64,000 nucleotides of DNA, from NCBI GenBank assembly GCA_040954595.2, contig CM082576.2, forward strand, positions 18,771,028 through 18,835,027, written 5' to 3'. Position 1 is the first letter of the stretch, and every line of letters begins with the position of its first letter. Shown here one piece after another: positions 52,288-64,000 of the stretch. The stretch is from Balanoglossus misakiensis (Eukaryota; Animalia; Hemichordata). A program made the position numbers and the translations under genes. Below the pieces are notes generated by a model. It saw nothing but the letters and a program-made list of their open reading frames with translations, searched no databases and was not told where the DNA came from.

Positions 52288-54360
52288 ATCAACTGTTGGA
52301 AGTTCATCCCCAGGTAAAGTCTCCAGTGTTGCTTCCCAGCCATTGTCAATTTAAGTCCGCACATAATTAGACCACCAAGTGAAGTGTGAGATATAGTAGA
52401 ATATTGCCATGTTGATCTTCACTACAAGTTAGTTAAAGTTATATAGCACTCTGTGATCAACGAGTTGAAAATACAGCATGAGTTTTCGGGGACATGTAGT
52501 CCCCTTCATCAGATGCACACGTGGAATGAACAGAGAAACAGAGAATCATGGGGTATTCAAAGTAGGAAATATGTGCAGGACCAGGTGCATCAGAAATTTT
52601 TCCTGCAGTGGATTTTCTATCTGAGGATGGTGACTTCATGACCGAAATTTTGTGTCCGTGAGCAAGGCACTTTACTTCTCATTGCTCTGAGGAGACTCAT
52701 GGCTTTGTGTAGGTGATTTGCACCTTTTCTAGTCTTTCTACTAGACATATTTTCTGTGTTTGTGATAGATGAATTACTGTCTTACAGGAAATTTTTGTGA
52801 ACTTCGTGAGAACCAAAAAATGCGAATTAAAAAGTCATGTAAAAATATTTTTCAGGGATATTGGTGCAGTTAGTGAAATATGAGAATGCGAAATTTAATT
52901 GTAGAATAACAGCTGTCTCTTAGGATTATGCGAACATTTCCTGTCACAGAAATTTTCTGTTTTACAGTATATAAATAAATCAAGTAGATCTTTTTACTGC
53001 AGATGCTACACCAACAATTCATCTGTTACCTGGACGACCAAGTCAAATTTGAAGTCAGTCTCCACAACAACTATCGTCCTCTCAACAGAAACTGATTCAA
53101 CCAAGTCAGCCCCAGATGCAGGGCCAAGGTCAAAGGTCATCAAAGCCTTTTTCCCAGCCTACCAGTTTACCAAACCAACCAGTATCCACTGTCACAGCAA
53201 ACAGGACTCAACAACCCAATGTGACTGTTTCAAGTATCCCCATGAGACAATTTTGTCCACCCAGGTACAGTTGTGGTCTACCTTCTACTTTTTGATATTC
53301 AAATTAGCTGTTTCTAGTTACCCATCCTGTGAATTGAAAGCTTTTTATGACTGTATCGCATAGCCTTGTCTTACCAGTGTCTACACAGTAGACTATTTAT
53401 TTTCAAAACACATTCAAAACTTCTGTTTTGGTTGCAAAAAAGCCACTCTGTAAATGGAAAGACTCTTTGGATAATGCCACAGACTCATTAATCAAATTCA
53501 ATTTTTAATGTGATTAATGTTGATAAGCCCTAAAACCTGATCCCTTCCAAATGTGAGTATGTGTGTTGAAAATGGGACTTTGAGAGTTGTAAGCTCAACA
53601 TCGATTCAAAAATTGAAGTCATGAAGTAAAAAATGTGGTTTTGAATACTGGCCTTGATAATGCTTCATATTAACTAGGTTTGTTACCCTTTTTGGACAGG
53701 CAACTTCACCACCAAAGATGACTTCTCAGCATGTGCCAGCTGCTGCACTGAAAGCCACAGAGGGTGTCATGCAAATGGCAAATGCTAGTCAGTTCAGTAA
53801 GATGCCACAAATTGCTGCTGTGAATTCTATCAACTCACAGCCACAGCAGAGATGGCCAGGTACAGATTCAAAGCCACAACGAGGTAGGTACAGTCAAACC
53901 TGTCTACAGTGGCCAGTCAAGGGACTTTCCTAAACTGGCATTTATAGACAGGTGGCTTCTATAGATAGGTCAGTTAATGTGCAATGTACATGTACATGAA
54001 ATGAAACAAAGTTGCCACTATAATAGAGGTGGCCACAAACACAGATTTGACTGTCATATATGTTATGTTGCCATGGCAGTCATTTACCATTAGTTTGAAT
54101 ATACTTTGCCAAAACCTGAGGAAAAAATATTCAAGTTCCCCTTTTCGTATTCCCCTATCAATGGTATAATACAACAGTGTCATGGTAAAATTTTGTGACA
54201 TTTTAGCTAACTGCTAAAGCCCAAGTAACATTGTTTTTTTCAGTATTTTTCAGCAAAGGAATTAACCCTAGTTACTTGTTCTGCTATGGATAGCTTTATG
54301 AAATGTTCAGTCTTTAGCTTCTATACAAAACTTGTACATGAGTAATGGCCATTGTGAATA

Positions 54361-55564
54361 TTAACCCTTACGCTGTCGAGTCCGTAGCAGAGCGCCCGAT
54401 TTCCGGTGTGGGTAGAAGTCGAACGTTGGCGAGTGATGAATGACCTAATCGGTATGGATCGATATGATTCACCGACCCGCTGGAGTCTCTAGGCGTTTGC
54501 GTGCCCTTCGCTATAACGGGTTGACTTTGAACTACCGTTTTGAGGGCAATATCTGTTAGGACAGGAAAGTCTCGACAGGGTTCTTTGCCTTGAACTACAG
54601 AGAGCACACTATCCTAAGAGGCACATTCCGCCGGTCATTCCCGACCCTGTGGAGACCGTTTTTTTGCGTCCGTCAAAAACGTACTTGGCATCGATGCATT
54701 GTTTACTATAACAGACGGTTCCACAACGACATGGGGTATCGACCTTTTCGATGGCCAGCGGTGTCGGATGCACTCGTGGGTAGCACTGTTTGGGAAAGTG
54801 CGTTTTGGGATCGACTCGGGAAACATGACGAAATGGTGCAATGGGGCCCGCAGAGCTTGCGGGATACCTATGACTGTGTCGGTACAACCCTGTGCCGTAA
54901 AAAATTTATAGCGTATTAACACCGTACTGAACGTCAGTTTGCCGTGCGTAAGTAACCAACGTGTCGTTATCACAACGTCCGTGTGTGTCTCGTCTGAAGA
55001 AATGAGTCGTTATCACAACGTCCGTGTGTGTCTGGTCTGAAGAAATGAGTCGTTGTCGGGCGGCTGTAGAGTGGGACACTGTGCGCCAGTGTCTAGTCGT
55101 TCGCATTACGTGTCGAACTAACTCGTACCCTACGGGAAAGTGGCAGGGGAAGGTGTGCCCGAACACCCCTGGCGGTACACCCTGGGTCCCCTACTGACAA
55201 CTAATGGTGTCGTCGTTGTGACGTGATATGGCGTGTGCTAACACACTAACTTTATTTTCGTAAAAGTAAGCCTCGAAATGACGTTGACAGACGCTCCCCT
55301 CCCAGGGGAATGAACCCGATGACCCCACAACTTTTACCCGGTTAATTGTTGTTTGAGGTCCCGCCAACACGGGACTGTGCCAAACTTGAAGTCTAGCACG
55401 TTCAAAAGCAGCTAAAATGACCCTCCAAAAACCCGATTTTCAGGCAAAAAGCCTGGTAATCCAGCGGGTGTAGAATGCCGGATTCTACATACACCGAAAA
55501 GGAGGCGGTCTCGTAACGACTCGGCAGCCCAACGGGTTATGACCCCCGGTAGCAAGAGGGTTAA
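54361..55564. mobile_element. TTAA-flanked, CpG-rich piggyBac-like non-autonomous or degenerate element
   Basis: TTAA-CCC at the left and GGG-TTAA at the right; the left end ccttacgctgtcgagtc imperfectly mirrors gactcggcagcccaacggg (55518-55536). I could not recognise a transposase. Confidence 0.6.
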
Positions 55565-56297
55565 ATGAACTCAGACGAGAATTCATTTTTCAACAATAAC
55601 AATGCTGATCAATATATAAAACGCCTTTGTTTGAAAACCAAACTCTGAATAAATTCTTAATGTTTTACAGAGTAGAATAAAGTCTTACAGCTGATATCCA
55701 AAGTTAACATTGAAGTTATTGACGTTTTAATACTACTGTGTTTACTTATCAGCAGGTATGCAGTCAACGATGCGAACAGGAGTGCAGTCAACACAACCGA
55801 CAGTACCTAATGTGAGCGACAGCAAAAATCCACCTGTCACCACTGGCACCAATGTTATTCCAACTCTGACACAGCCACAAGTACATGTACAAAACCAGTC
55901 ATTGGTATGTTATGTTATGAGCTGAGTTATAATACCCACCTATCCCTTTTGCCTGGCAAGTGACAGTTTATCACTTTTCAGTATTTCAATGGAACTGTAT
56001 TTGGATAATTTGTTACCTAACATGACATCAGAAGATGGCAGCTTGATGTCTTAACTGAGGACATTGGATGACCAGTAGATAAAGATTTTCTTTGATATCA
56101 ATGACATCAGACGCAGTTCCGTTGGCATTCAAATTTCCAGCTGACGGGGAATTTCAGCAACGTGGTGCAAATGACGACTGTGCAGATGAATACCAAGATG
56201 CTGTTGAGGCACCATGCCTGATACATATTACCTGTCTGGTGGTACTAAAGTATAAACACATCCGGAAAAAAATATTTTACGGGATACCAATTGAGAC

Positions 56298-56945
56298 TAA
56301 TAGAATCTCACATTCCCAAGGACCTGTGATCATATTTCTCACATGAGTTGGGGATTTTTGTCCCACACGAGCCGCAGGCGAGTGTGGGACAAAAAATCCC
56401 CAACGAGTGTGAGAAATACGATCCCAGGTCCTTGGTGTGTGAGATTCGTTTTCTCACACGACCAGAAATTTGCAATATTAACGTTTATTTACAATAAAAG
56501 GACTAAATCTATAAAATACCAACTGATAACTGCATGACCAGTCATATATTGATCCGCCCCTCAAAATATAGTCCCCATTTCATCACGAGTTTACAGTACA
56601 CACATGCTATAAAAATGTGCTCAACACATTTTAATATGGAGATTGTTTCCAGTGGTATAAATTCAAGCGATATCTAGAAAATACAACCATGTTTTTTAGT
56701 CTGTCGCCAACCACGTACACCACTGTCGTCTGCACATGACCTGATCACATTGTAGTTCAGGTTTGTGTACAACACATCACACAATTGGATAATATTTGTT
56801 CGTTCTGAGGGGTATGAATATCATTATCCAATCAGAGCTCGTGTCAGATAACAGTTGTCTGTGTGCGCATTAACACAGAGTGTGGGATCAATTTGATCCC
56901 ACACTCTCTATCCCACACTCCCAGCGGCCAGGAGTGTGAGAAAAA
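56298..56945 (-). mobile_element. Hairpin-ended repeat, same family as 29495-29953
   Basis: Foldback at 56299-56447 with apex cacacgagccgcaggcgagtgtg; other end cccagcggccaggagtgtgagaa. Confidence 0.75.
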
Positions 56946-57862
56946 TTATTCCCATCTTGTTATAAATCTGAGCCCAGGTGTCTTTGGTGTGAGATTCCAG
57001 TAGTCAAGAGTAGGCTTACCTTGAATAATGTAATGCTTGTAAATAATTTATAATTTCTTCTTACCCTCCAGATATGAATGTCACAGTGGTGGAAATGCGT
57101 GCCAACACTATTGTCAGAATACCCATGGTAGTTATCTCTGCGCTTGCAGACCAGGATTCTATCTGCTGGAGGATGGCTATGCATGTGGCGGTATGTAACT
57201 GTGGATATTGATCTCTTCTGTGGCTACACTGTTTGGGGATTGTATATTGCTATGGTTACAATCAGCTAAACACACATCCTGTCAGTCCATTGCACACATT
57301 TTAAAATTTGAAATCAACCGCACACTCGTACTGAACACATGTTTGTTGAAATTGTATCTCAGAATTTTTCCATTTATAATTATGCATAATATAAACAAAT
57401 TAACAAATGTGAAATTTTATCTTTGAAAATTTGTTTGCAAGGGTGAAAAAGTAATCTGTTTTTTTAAAAATCAGACAAAGTTTTGCTGACAGGGTACACG
57501 AGTTTCAGGGGATTTTGTTAAAATGAGAATGATAGAGAGTGTTAAAATTCTTAGATTCTGAGATTGCCATGGATATTGAGGACTTTGATGTAAAAACAAT
57601 TAATTGATCAAGAAATATGTGGTTAAGTATATGTGTCATCAACCTCACACTATACTATAAGACTGTCTGATATATTTATGCACAAGTACAATGTATTTTC
57701 ACTACTTATATGCATAACTCAATCAAATTAACATAATTTATCGACCTATAGCTAAATAAATTACCACAGCAAAGAATAAATATACACTTAGAAAATTCAT
57801 ATAGTTTTCATCTCATTTTAAAGACATTATAAATGCTTCTCCGAGGGGTACAGTAATTTTTA

Positions 57863-58417
57863 GGGTAAGCCTAATTCAAGATTCACGTTTCAAGATTCAC
57901 GTTTCACGTTCCACAGCCCAAGATTCATATTCTGATTCAGATTCTAGTCTTGTCTAATATGTTTATGCTGCCGTAACCAGGGGTGCGTACGATTGTTTAT
58001 TGTCCTTGATCCCTGCCCAAGCAAGGTTCCCCAAATATTCTGTTCGATTAACGCGTGACGTCATTGTCGGGTATCTCTTCAAGTTCAGTTTCAACAACAT
58101 TTTTCAAAGAGAGATGCACCCTATTTATTATTTTCTAACACATGAATGACCCTAGGCCTGAGATCGCACCATGGCCGGCAATCTTGGTATTCACAGATAC
58201 TTTTAAGCGTAATTCTGATATAATTGATAGGTTTAGGTATATTTTACAACCAATAACTTAAGCAAAGGACTAATTCCTATATTCTGAATCAAGTGAAAGT
58301 AATATTGTAGATGGCGAAAGGACGTGACAAGACTCGAATCTGAATCAGAATATGAATCTTGGGCTGTGGAACGTGAAACGTGAAACTTGAAACGTGAATC
58401 TTGAATTAGGCTTACCC
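57863..58417. mobile_element. Mutator-like (MULE) MITE
   Basis: ~90-bp TIRs GGGTAAGCCTAATTCAAGATTCACG... and a perfect 9-bp TSD TAATTTTTA. Confidence 0.85.
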
Positions 58418-59374
58418 TAATTTTTAATGGGTATATTCTTGATAACTCATCACCATGAATGATCATTTCAAAACTTAACAAGGCATATGGCTAAAGAGGA
58501 TTCAGTGTTTGTGCACCTTCTATCTGCTATGCTGGATCTATTGACAGTTTTCAAAGGGGTTTAAAGACTCGTCTTTTTATTCAGTACTTTCTATTTCATT
58601 CCATTGCTTTTTTGGTTAATAGGGACTGTCTTTCAGAACTCTTTGGTTTGTTTCGTGTTTTTAAGTGTAATTTATTATCCTTTAAGCTTTCACTTGTTTT
58701 CTAATTTTATTATTTTCTGTAGAAAATGCACTGAGATGTATGTGTATTATGTTTGTCAGGAAATAAATAATAATAAAATTAAAAATAATAAACTATCTTT
58801 GATTTCAGATGTCAATGAATGTATGGAGAGAGCAGATCTTTGTGAAGGCCAGTGTGTGAATACAGCAGGCTCTTTTTATTGCACTTGTGTTGTGGGATAT
58901 TGATTGGTCAATGGAGAGTGTACAGGTAAGACCAGCACAATATGTGGGCAACGAAAGGTCCTGTATCTGTAACTTTTGAATTTTTATTCAATATTATTCT
59001 GGGTGTCACCCATCATTTCTTGTTCAGCTCGGTGAAGCTAGGTAAGCAATGTTGTTATTGTTTAAACATTGTATTCAAGCCTGGGTCTGGACTTGGATGC
59101 AATTTGTCAATAATAACAGTGATTGGTAACTGCATGTTTACATAACTGGCTAACTGTTAAAGAGACCAGCTGTTCTTTTTGCTGTGTGTACAGTACACAT
59201 GCCATTGGCAGCTTATGGCTCAGTCAGTGTTTGCCTGTTGATTTCTCTATGTGTGTGTGTCTGTCTGTCTGTATATGTACTCCGGTGTAGACTTTTTTAT
59301 TGTGTTATCCCTGAATGGGACCACTGTGTCCTTAACGCGATGTTTTACACTCAGCAGCGATAGTTTGTCTAACA

Positions 59375-59830
59375 CGAGCCAAAATATCCCCAACTCGTCT
59401 GAGAAATCTTATCCCAGGTCCTAAGGTTGTGAGACTAATAGAATCTCACACTCCCAAGGACTTGGGATCATATTTCTCACATGTGTTGAGGATTTTCTGT
59501 CCCAAACAAGCTGCAGGCGAATGTGGGACAAGATATCCCCGACGAGTGTGAGAAATACGATCCCAGGTCCTTGGTGTGTGAGATTAGTTTTCTCACACGG
59601 TCACAAATTAGCCAAATTCGTTAAATAAATGACTCTTGAACTGTCATCTGGTACATTGTAGATTCAGTATCGCGTCATTGGATAACATTTAGCACATGTT
59701 GTTAAAGAACTCTTTGTCATCCAATCAGCGCTCGCATCATATACAGCTCTCGATTCAGTGAGAATGTGGGATTGATTTGTTCTCACACTCTGATCCAACA
59801 CTCTCAGCATGCCAGGAGTGTGAGAATCTA
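59375..59830 (-). mobile_element. Hairpin-ended repeat, third copy
   Basis: Reverse complement of 29495-29953. Confidence 0.75.
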
Positions 59831-60946
59831 TTACGAGTTTGAAATCTTAGGTGAAGAGTTTATCAATTTCACTGCCAACCCTGTAGGGCATTCTGGGATA
59901 TGTGCTCATGCCAAAGCACAAACAGCCATGACCTGACAGCTCAGTTTGTAAATCATTTCTACAAATCCACAAAGAGACTCAAAGTTTAGAAAAGTTGTGT
60001 CTGTTAGAAATATTAGAAATATTACTGTTAATACTTAATTTCAAAGCCATGTGAATTTGTTCACTTTAATAGGGAAATTTTTAAAGGAAGGGAGGATTGG
60101 TATTGACTTGAATAATTACAATGGATGTTTTTGTTCTCTATATTCAGATGTGAATAATGAGTGTTCAGATTCTGTTTGTGCTGGAGGGTGTCTCAATGCA
60201 GAGGGTGGATTCAGCTGTAATTGTGGTGATGATGGTTTCTCTCTGAGTGCAGATCATGTCAATTGTTTAGGTAAGTTTTTTTTGAGTGGGGAGGGGATAG
60301 ACCAACAATTGCTTTGCATTTCCTGCCTCAAAAGGGCGCTTACACAAGTTGTAAGTGGCAAAGATTACAGCGAGTCACCATGTAAAAAAAATAATAAATA
60401 AAAGTTATCAGGCACTTTCCAAAGTTACACATTTAGAAAAAAATGAGTTTGTTGTCTCATGTGTGATATTTTTGGCTAACAAAACACTAGCGTCTAATGT
60501 GGTTACTACATTGTTTGTTTATCAGTATACAGTACTGGTACATATAAACATATGATATGACCAAGTTATATGCCAGATGATATTTATCAAGTTTCACACA
60601 ATTTTGCTCTCTTGTATATTTTTTTCAAAGCCAACTGTACATGTAATTCAGATGTATTCATTCAAACACAATGTATCATATTTGTGTTTTCAAGCTGGTT
60701 GGTCACCATGCCAACAAGCGTGTTACAACACACCAACCAGTTACCAGTGTGGTTGCAGACCAGGATTTAAGTTGCACAGAAATCAACAAACATGTGTTGG
60801 TGAGTATCTACAATTGGGAGAAAGTAAGATGTAGGTGTTTGTGCAATGTAAGTGTCCAATACATGTACATGTATATGTGACACTGAAATTACACATTGTA
60901 CAGTCAATAATTGGTAAATGTCTATTATTCATGACACAAATCAACA

Positions 60947-61135
60947 TACAGTCAAACCTCTGTGACTGGCCACCTCTATTAAACAGCCACCTCTATATAG
61001 TGCCCACTTTATTCTAGTCCCTGTGTAATTTATATCTACATTAATTGACTTTTCTACCAGGTATAATGGCCACCTGTCTATAAAGGCCAGTTTAGGAAAG
61101 TCCCTTTACTAGCCATAATGGACAGGTTTGACTGC
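60947..61135. mobile_element. Tc1/pogo-like MITE (relatives at ~48823-48988 and ~53889-54053)
   Basis: Termini tacagtcaaacct...aggtttgactg. Confidence 0.65.
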
Positions 61136-61181
61136 ACTTGTGTTGATTTCTGTCTGTAATACGTGTAACACAATCATAAAA

Positions 61182-61451
61182 TTTTTCATAAAGAGGGCAC
61201 ACTTCCAAAATAAGGTGTCATCTCCAAGCAGACAATGTGAAAAAGGAGGCCGGTAGGTTACAGAGTACTGCTCGAGCTCATCTACTTTGTTGTATACATG
61301 ATACAAGTTGTGTGTAAAACTGACCTTACAATAAAATGTGGCTGTCGAAAGTCTGTCCCAACTATAGTGTTGATACACAAGACAAAGTTTTTACTCTTTG
61401 ACCAACTGGCCTCATGTTTGCGTCTTGGAAGGGCACCCTCTTTATGAAAAA
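61182..61451. mobile_element. Small element with ~27-bp inverted repeats
   Basis: tttttcataaagagggcacacttccaa pairs with ttggaagggcaccctctttatgaaaaa; no clear TSD. Confidence 0.55.
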
Positions 61452-61978
61452 GGCATATGATATCACTACAAGGAATAAATTAACATGATAGAACATTGCT
61501 GATTAATGTCATAGATCATGATAACATGAATGCATAGCAATGTTTTGTTACAATTTGGTACATAAAGAAATGGACTACTGTGACAGTATTGACTCTGGGC
61601 ACTACGTAGATGATTCCCAGCCTCAAAATTCTGACTTGCTTCACCGTTGGAAGAAGTCAGTTTTCAGGTTAACATGTATATTTGTACAGAGTGTGGCATT
61701 AGTGAGTGGTTGCATCACATCAATGCATGACAAAAGGTCATCACTGTGTAAGACTCAGAAATAGAATTTGAATACAAATCCTATTAAACAAAATATTCTA
61801 AAATTTACATGTTATTTTAACATGTTTACTCCTATAAAAGTGAGTGCACGTGTTTTCGAGGTCTCTTCAATTCAGAAGCCACTGTGTAGGCCTTAGTTGG
61901 TGCATGCAGCTCGTAGACTTAGAAATTAAGTTTGGTTCAACTCAAACGCTTCAAGTCCAGTTGACCATCTCACACTTC

Positions 61979-62058
61979 TGGCACTGGTGGGATTCAAACC
62001 CACGCCATCGAAACGACTGCAGGTGCCTAAAACCCCTTGACTGTAGGACACAAATGCC
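61979..62058 (-). mobile_element. Degenerate tRNA-Leu-derived sequence (SINE head or tRNA pseudogene)
   Basis: The minus strand reads ...tttaggcacc..cagtcgtttcgatggcgtgggtttgaatcccaccagtgcca, with a long variable arm and B-box; the 5' half is decayed. Confidence 0.65.
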
Positions 62059-63061
62059 TGACAGTGATATAACTATGTTATAATGTTACATCGACAATAC
62101 ATAAGTTTGGGGATATGTTGTCTCAAATGATCAAATTGAGACAAATTATCCCCATCTTGTTATAAATCTGAGCCCAGGTGTCTTTGGTGTGAGATTCCAG
62201 TAGTCAAGAGTAGGCTTACCTTGAATAATGTAATGCTTGTAAATAATGTATAATTTCTTCTTACCCTCCAGATATGAATGAATGTCACAGTGGTGGAAAT
62301 GCGTGCCAACACTATTGTCAGAATACCCATGGTAGTTATTGCTGCGCTTGCAGACAAGGCTTCAATGTGCTGGAGGATGGCCATGCATGTGCAGGTATGT
62401 AACTGTGGATATTGATCTCTTCTGTGGCTACACTGTTTGGGGATTGCATATTGCTATGGTTACAATAAAACATGCATCCTGTCTGTCCATTGCACACATT
62501 TTAAAATTTGAAATCAACCGCACACTCGTACTGAACACATGTTTGTTGAAATTGTATCTCAGAATTTTTCCATTTATAATTATGCATAATATAATCAAAT
62601 TAACAAATGTGAAAACTTATCTTTGAAAATTTGTTTGCAAGGGTGAAAAATTAATCTGTTGTTTTAAAAATCAGACAAAGTTTTGCTGACAGGGTACACG
62701 AGTTTCAGGGGATTTTGTTAAAATGAGAATGATAGAGAGTGTTAAAATTCCTAGATTCTGAGATTGCCATGGATATTGAGGACTTTGACGTAAAAACAAT
62801 TAATTGATCAAGAAATATGTGGTTAAGTATATGTGTGATCAACCTCACACTATACTATAAGACTGTCTGATATATTTATGCACAAGTACAATGTATTTTC
62901 ACTACTTATATGCATAACTCAATCAAATTAACATAATTTATCGACCTATAGCTATTAAATTACCACAGCAAGGAATAAATATTCACTTAGAAAATTCATA
63001 TAGTTTTCATCTCATTTTAAAGACATTATAAATGCTTCTCCGAGGGGTACAATAATTTTTA

Positions 63062-63606
63062 GGGTAAGCCTAATTCAAGATTCACGTTTCAAGATTCACG
63101 TTTCATGTTCCACAGCCCAAGATTCATATTCTGATTCAGATTCCAGTCTTGTCTAATATGTTTATGCTGCCGTAACCAGGGGTGTGAACGATTGTTTATT
63201 GTCCTCGATCCCCGCCCAAGCAAGGTTCCCCAAATATTCTGTTCGATTATCGCGTGACGTCATTGTCGGGTATCTCGTCAAGTTCAGTTTCAACAACATT
63301 TTTCAAAGAGAGATGCACCCTATTTATTATTTTCTAACACATGAATGACCCTAGGCCTGAGATCGCACCATGGCCGGCAATCTTGGTATTCACAGATACT
63401 TTTAAGCGTAATTCTGATATAATTGATAGGTTTAGGTATATTTTACAACCGATAACTTAAGCAAAGGACTAATTCCTATATTCTGAATCAAGTGAAAGCA
63501 ATGTAGATGGCGAAAGGATGTGACAAGACTCGAATCTGAATCAGAATATGAATCTTGGGCTGTGGAACGTGAAACTTGAAACGTGAATCTTGAATTAGGC
63601 TTACCC
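63062..63606. mobile_element. MULE MITE, duplicated copy
   Basis: Same TIRs and TAATTTTTA TSD as 57863-58417. Confidence 0.85.
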
Positions 63607-64000
63607 TAATTTTTAATGGGTATATTCTTAATAACTCATCACCATGAATGATCATTTCAAAACTTAACAAGGCATATGGCTAAAGAGGATTCAGTGTTTG
63701 TGCACCTTCTATCTGCTATGCTGGATCTATTGACAGTTTTCAAAGGGGTTTAAAGACTCGTCTTTTTATTCAGTACTTTCTATTTCATTCCATTGCTTTT
63801 TTGGTTAATAGGGACTGTCTTTCAGAACTCTTTGGTTTGTTTCGTGTTTTTAAGTGTAATTTATTATCCTTTAAGCTTTCACTTGTTTTCTAATTTTATT
63901 ATTTTCTGTAGAAAATGCACTGAGATGTATGTGTATTATGTTTGTCAGGAAATAAATAATAATAAAATTAAAAATAATAAACTATCTTTGATTTCAGATG

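Larger units (their letters stand above)
33603..54184 (+). repeat. Diverged tandem segmental duplication: copy A 33603-49115 (includes the CACTA) and copy B 49116-54184
   Basis: Junction cagtgtcatg|accacacacaac at 49115/49116. Paired ORFs 46997/51207, 47303/51501 and 48652/53718. Confidence 0.95.
51643..55904 (+). pseudogene. Decayed low-complexity exons, copy B (51643-52313, 53003-53264, 53700-53883) plus a single-copy exon at 55756-55904
   Basis: Homologous to copy A. The first exon is interrupted by a MITE and the second has an in-frame TGA. The last exon reads GMQSTMRTGVQSTQPTVPNV...QNQSL. Confidence 0.55.
57072..62395 (+). pseudogene. EGF / calcium-binding EGF exons of a fibrillin/fibulin/matrilin-like gene (about 57072-57189, 58809-58926, 60148-60270, 60695-60799, 62272-62394)
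   Basis: Phase 1-1 exons [74 protein letters not shown] and DMNECHSGGNACQHYCQNTHGSYCCAC. The first exon has a 4-bp deletion and the second an in-frame TGA. Confidence 0.85.
56944..64000 (+). repeat. Tandem duplication with ~5.2-kb period (56944-58811 matches 62143-64000)
   Basis: Paired ORFs 56960/62160 and 57208/62339; shared MULE insertion and shared acceptor tttcag|atg at the window end. Confidence 0.93.

Noticed and set aside
51501-52370. 149-aa and 136-aa ORFs
   Set aside because: Read-through from intron and decayed exon into the MITE; the mirrored peptides come from the TIRs.
61979-62058. Functional tRNA-Leu gene
   Set aside because: The 5' half and A-box are degenerate and the T-loop reads TTTGA; better explained as a SINE head or pseudogene.
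33182-62395. Functional MED25-VWA / mucin / EGF fusion protein
   Set aside because: Multiple stops, frameshifts and TE insertions, plus incompatible splice phase at the junction.

Overview
This is eukaryotic (animal) genomic DNA, most likely a marine invertebrate; the taxon is an inference. Bases 1-23495 are a 78-bp AT-rich satellite with higher-order structure and an internally inverted 7.5-kb block, and all ORFs there are artefacts. Next come a 1.37-kb tandem duplication carrying a Gypsy RNase H scrap and a 53-bp palindromic minisatellite. After that lies a decayed, tandemly duplicated fragment of MED25 (VWA-domain exons), followed by duplicated calcium-binding EGF exons of an unrelated gene, with many MITEs throughout. 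The best find is a complete 10.9-kb animal CACTA/EnSpm transposon (35630-46484) with CCC...GGG TIRs and a TT TSD; the matching empty site is visible in the duplicated copy at ~50705. It carries two head-to-head spliced genes: a frameshifted DDE transposase and a fully open 7-exon, 345-aa coiled-coil/BEN-domain protein. The two genes share a mirror-symmetric promoter with two outward-facing Staf/ZNF143-consensus sites. The element also has subterminal repeat arrays and a long hairpin in the first transposase intron. Family assignments come from motif recall, not from database searches.
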